Made by a program: the position numbers and the translations under genes. Positions 27,993 through 32,140 of a stretch of DNA of 32,140 nucleotides are shown piece after piece (the first letter of the stretch is position 1; every line of letters starts with the position of its first letter). The stretch comes from an uncultured Chloroflexia bacterium (lineage in GTDB: Bacteria; Chloroflexota; Anaerolineae; B4-G1; SLSP01), in contig CAVVUS010000002.1 of assembly GCA_963751345.1 (NCBI GenBank), forward strand, positions 1-32,140, read 5' to 3'. The notes under the pieces were generated by a model. That model saw nothing but the letters and a program-made list of their open reading frames with translations. It did no database searches and was not told where the DNA came from.

Positions 27993-30900
27993 TCACACGG
28001 TGTGGTGCAGCGCGGATGCCAGGGCCTGGCCCAGCTCCATGAGATCCGGCGGCTTGCGCAGCCATGTGTGAATGCCCTCCTGGCGCAGGGCGGCGAGATC
28101 CTGGCCCTGCGCGTGTCCGCTCATCAATATCACCGGCACCGTGGAGCCCTGGGCCCGCAGCGCGCGCGCCAGCGCGACGCCGCCCATCTGGGGCATGACG
28201 ACGTCACTGAGCACGAGGTCGACCCTCACGTCCTCGCGGTTGAGGAGCGCCAGCGCTTCCGCGCCGTTCGCCGCGGTCTTCACGGCATAGTGCCAACTGG
28301 TCAGCATTTCCTGGAACGCTTGTTGCAGCGGGGCGTTATCCTCCACGACCAGCACCAGCTCGCCATGTCCCATAGGAATCTCGTTTGATGTCACCGGCGG
28401 CTGCTCGGGGACCGCGAGGGAGAGTGCGGGGAGATAAATCGTGAAGGTCGTTCCGGCTCCGGCCCGGGACTCCACGTAGATGTGGCCCTGGTGCTGCACA
28501 ACGATGCCATAGACCTGCGCGAGCCCCAGGCCACTGCCCTCGCCGGGCGGCTTGGTGGTGTAGAAGGGCTCGAAGATGTGCTCCATCACGTCGTCAGGGA
28601 TGCCGGTGCCTGTGTCACTCACGGTCAGCTTGACCCAGTCGCCCGCCTCGATCCCCGATGGGGAGAGCTCGGTGCCCTCGGGCAGGGTGAGCCGCGCGAG
28701 CGTCAACCGCAGTTCCCCGCCCTCAGGCATGGCGTCACGCGCATTGATCGCCAAATTCACGATCATCTGCTGGACACGCGTGGGATCGGCGTCCACTGTG
28801 CACTGCTCGTCGTCATAGGTCAACTCGACGCGGATGTGCTCCGGCAGCGTGCGCTGCAGGAGCATGACTTGCTCTTTGAGCTGGGGAACGAGGTTCAGTG
28901 GATGGCGGGAGAGCATCGAGCGCCGGCTGAAGTCCAGAATCTGCTCGATCAGGCGGGTGGCAAACTGCGCCTGCTGGTTGACGGTTGCCAAACGCTCGCG
29001 ATCATGAACGGTGAGGCCTCCGCTCCGCGCAACCAACTCGGCCTGCAGAACGATCACCGCCATGATATTGTTGAAGTCGTGCGCGATCCCGGCTGCGAGC
29101 TGCCCCACGGCAGCGAGGCGTGCCTGTTGGTGTAGATGGTCCTGCACCTCGCGCCGTTGCGTCACGTCGTTGATCACCACGACCCAGCGATCGGCGTCGA
29201 TGCTGTGCAGCACAGGGCGCGACGTGATCTCGTAGGTGTGATGACCGGCCTGAACCTCGTACCACGACCCACGGGGCGCGGAGGTGAGCAGCTCGCCGAG
29301 AGGCCGGCTGCCCAGATGGGTGACTTCGCCGTCAATGTCCGGCGCGAGGATGGCGAGGGCGTGTTGCGCGGCCGGATTGGCGAGGACGATGGCCCCCCCG
29401 CCCTGCAGCACGAGCACACCTTCGGGCACTGTCTCGAGGATGTCCTGTAGCTGGTGGGCCTGGGCCTCGATCTGCGCCACGAGGCGGCGCCGCTCGACGT
29501 CCGCCTGGTGCCGTTCGGTGATGTCACGTCCCGTGCCAACAAGGCCCACGATCTCTCCGGCCTGGTCGCGTAGGGGGAACTTGGAGGTCAGCAACCACCG
29601 TTTCCTGCCGGTTCCGTCGGTCACGATCTCCTCACGATCCCGGACCGGCTCTCCGGTCTCAAGGACGTGACGGTCATCGACCAATAACGGTTCGGCGACC
29701 TCAGTTGGGTATGTCTCGAGATCCGTCTTGCCGAGGACGCTTGCCTCCGTGTCCGCGCCCATGAAATCCAGATCGACCCGGTTCGCCAGCATCTTGCGTG
29801 CCCGCACATCCTTCACGTAGACCGAGTCCGGCAGGTTATCGATGACGGTGCGCAGCAGACGGCGTTCTTGCGCGCGCGCCTCCTCGGCACGCCTGCGATT
29901 GGTGATGTCATCGAGGGCCAGCACCGCGGAAGGGCGACCATAGAGCGTGACCGGGTTGACCCGATAGCGCATCCAGACGGGTTCCGGGGAGGTCCTAAGG
30001 GTAAACGCCGCCTCTCCGGACAGGTCCGCAGACCCGACGCCGGACAGCGCCCGCCGGAGAGCCCCGGTGAGGGGACAGACGGTGCAGTCGCCAGAGTAGC
30101 CGCACCCGCGCGGATCCTGCTGACGATGGACGCATGCGATAAGGTCGCCGCACCTCAGGTGGAGCAATTCACTTCCCTGCTTTCCGAACGCTTGTGCTGC
30201 CGCAGGGTTGGCCATCAGCACCTCCTCGTGTTCGTCGAAGACGAGCATCGCGATAGGCGCCGCTGCCAGCACCGCTGCCAGGTTTTCCTTCTCTTGCTGG
30301 AGTGCCGCGTCCGCGTCTCTGTGGAGTAGCGTCCGCCAGACTACGTCCATCAGCAGGCTGAGCTGCAAGCCATCGACCTCGGTGTAGTCCGTCGTCTTGT
30401 TAGCGACGGCCACAACTGCTACGATCTTGCCCTCATAGTTGAAGGGGACACTCAGGAAGCGCCTCAGCGGCGCGTGGCCTTCCGGAAGCCCTCTACGGAG
30501 GGGGTTTGGCGTTCTGAAGTCGTTGAGCATGATGGGCTTGCGTTGCCGAACGGCCTCTCCCCACAAACCGGTCTGGTCGAGATCGGCGACCTGTCGCAAG
30601 CTCGAAAGCCTGCGGTCGGCCGTGGCCGAGCCGGACAAGGCGATCAGTCGGAATTGGCGGAGGTCCTCATCGTAGGTGTTCAGGAAGCCCATCTCGCTAT
30701 CCGTCAATCTAACCGCTTCATCAAGTGCGAAGTCCAACACATCCTGGGCCGTCTCCGCAGGGTGCTGCAGGACGTTGACCACGCTGCGTAGCCGGGCCTC
30801 GCTGCGGCGGATCTCCTGCTGAGCCCAGATCTGGTCGGTGATGTCGCGGACAAAGCCGCCGACGCCCAACGTCTCGCCCAACGGTACGGCGAACTTGTGC

Positions 30901-31663
30901 GTCTCGTAGATCCGGTCACCGACCTGCTCTCTGTTGATGACGATGGCGCCTGCGGACAGAGCCTCTTCGTCCGAGAGACGGCAGGTCTGTGCCATCCCTT
31001 CGGGCATGAGATCGGCGTCGTCCTTGCCCAGGATTTCGAGTTCGGATCGCCCATGTAAGCCCGGTACTTCGTATTGACCATGACGTAGCGGAGCGAGGCG
31101 TCTTTGAGGAAGGCCATGTCGGTGGAAGCGTCGAGGAAGGCGCGATAGCGCCCGTCGCCTTCACGCATGGCCGCCTGTAGCTCAGCGTCGCCTCCTGAGT
31201 GGCCGGCTTTTTCGGTGGTAGTCGCATCCTCGGTGGCCGGACGGTGGTTTCCCGGCATACCTTGTCGCTCGGCGTCCAGGGCTGCTTTCAGGGCACGGAT
31301 GTCCAGAAAGGCCCTGATCTGCGCCAAGAGCGCGGCGGCGCTGAGCGGCAAGTAGAGGTGACCGTCCGCTCCGTCCCCCAACGCGTCCGCGGACGCAGTG
31401 TGCGGACCAGCGGCAGCGTCGGACACCAACGCGACGAAGGGATTGGGCGGTCCCGCGGCAGCTCTCAGCGCCTGGAGGGCATCGGCATCATCGCCCGGCG
31501 AGGCGGGGTAGAGGATGAGTGCAGGGCGGCATTCACGGGCCTGCGCGCATGCGACTTCGCCGGGGGGCGTGTGCAGGACGCGATAGCCGGCAGCGCCGAG
31601 CGTTTGCGAATCTATGGAGCAGACGCCGCGACCGTCTTCGATCGCGAGAATGGTCTCCATCAT
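27993..31663 (-). CDS. Hybrid sensor histidine kinase: pseudo-REC, PAS, GAF, PAS x3, HisKA, HATPase, REC (~1223 aa), -1 frameshift near 31050
   Basis: AGIAHDFNN, NLAINARDAM, DTGTG, FYTTK, GSGLGL, C-terminal LSDVVMP; adding one G joins YMG to RSELEILGKDDADLMPEG within a PAS domain; AAGGAG RBS before ATG 31663. Confidence 0.9.
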
Positions 31664-32140
31664 CTTGGACTCCTTGTGTCCGGCGGCGACTATGTCCACG
31701 GTTCGGTCGACCGTCGACTGCGTGCGTGTAGGTTCGGCACTGCGGTGATGGCAGCGCGCTTCTGGGCCGTTGCTCGTGGCGGGATCCATCAGGGCATTAC
31801 GAGGCGCGAGTGGGCATTCCCGCAGCTCGCGCACTGCACTACATTATATACCAATATACCAATTACATCGGGTAGGGGCTACCAATGCAGCGACAACGGC
31901 GATGACGCCACGCTACGATGCTTGCGTCCGGGCCCCCATTCCTTATAATTAGATTGTTGCACGACAATCCTCCACCCTATTGAGGTGCTCTCACCTCACA
32001 TCTACCGTAGGTCTCTTCGCCGACGGCATCTCTGACGTGATGCATCCAATCTGTGAATTGGGCGGCAAAATGTGACATATCAGCGCGTGGCCTCGACCCA
32101 TTACTGTGGATTCTCGCCGCACTGACGCTTCTTTTGACGT

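Noticed and set aside
31664-31840. Known riboswitch in the kinase leader
   Set aside because: A GCGCGAG/CTCGCGC hairpin is present but I recognise no c-di-GMP, c-di-AMP, SAM or other aptamer consensus.

Overview
GC-rich bacterial chromosomal segment; gene content and repeat style suggest Chloroflexota/Anaerolineae (inference). Left to right: 5' end of an MFS transporter, SAM methyltransferase, L-fucose/L-arabinose-isomerase-family gene, adenosine deaminase and a second methyltransferase. A ~7 kb decayed cargo island follows (GH31 alpha-xylosidase-like, DhaK/DhaL, two abutting gene fragments, sulfatase), ending in a serine-recombinase C-terminal stub with a tRNA-like att motif. Next is a minus-strand module: a degenerate ABC-ATPase fused to a LytTR domain, a promoter with 20-21 bp-periodic direct repeats, an intact ABC ATPase, three paralogous ABC-2 permeases and a lipoprotein alpha/beta hydrolase. 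Then phnDCE with an enlarged PhnE, a perfect 40 bp palindrome, an unannotated 34-aa membrane peptide unit, a beta-helix protein plus carbamoyltransferase, an AadA-like nucleotidyltransferase, a GTAG REP doublet, degV and a hybrid histidine kinase. About ten single-base frameshifts, mostly in short homopolymers, look like long-read errors and hide several real genes from the ORF track. The best candidate for an uncharacterised system is the pseudo-ATPase-LytTR regulator with its exporter operon. All family calls come from motif recognition, not database searches.
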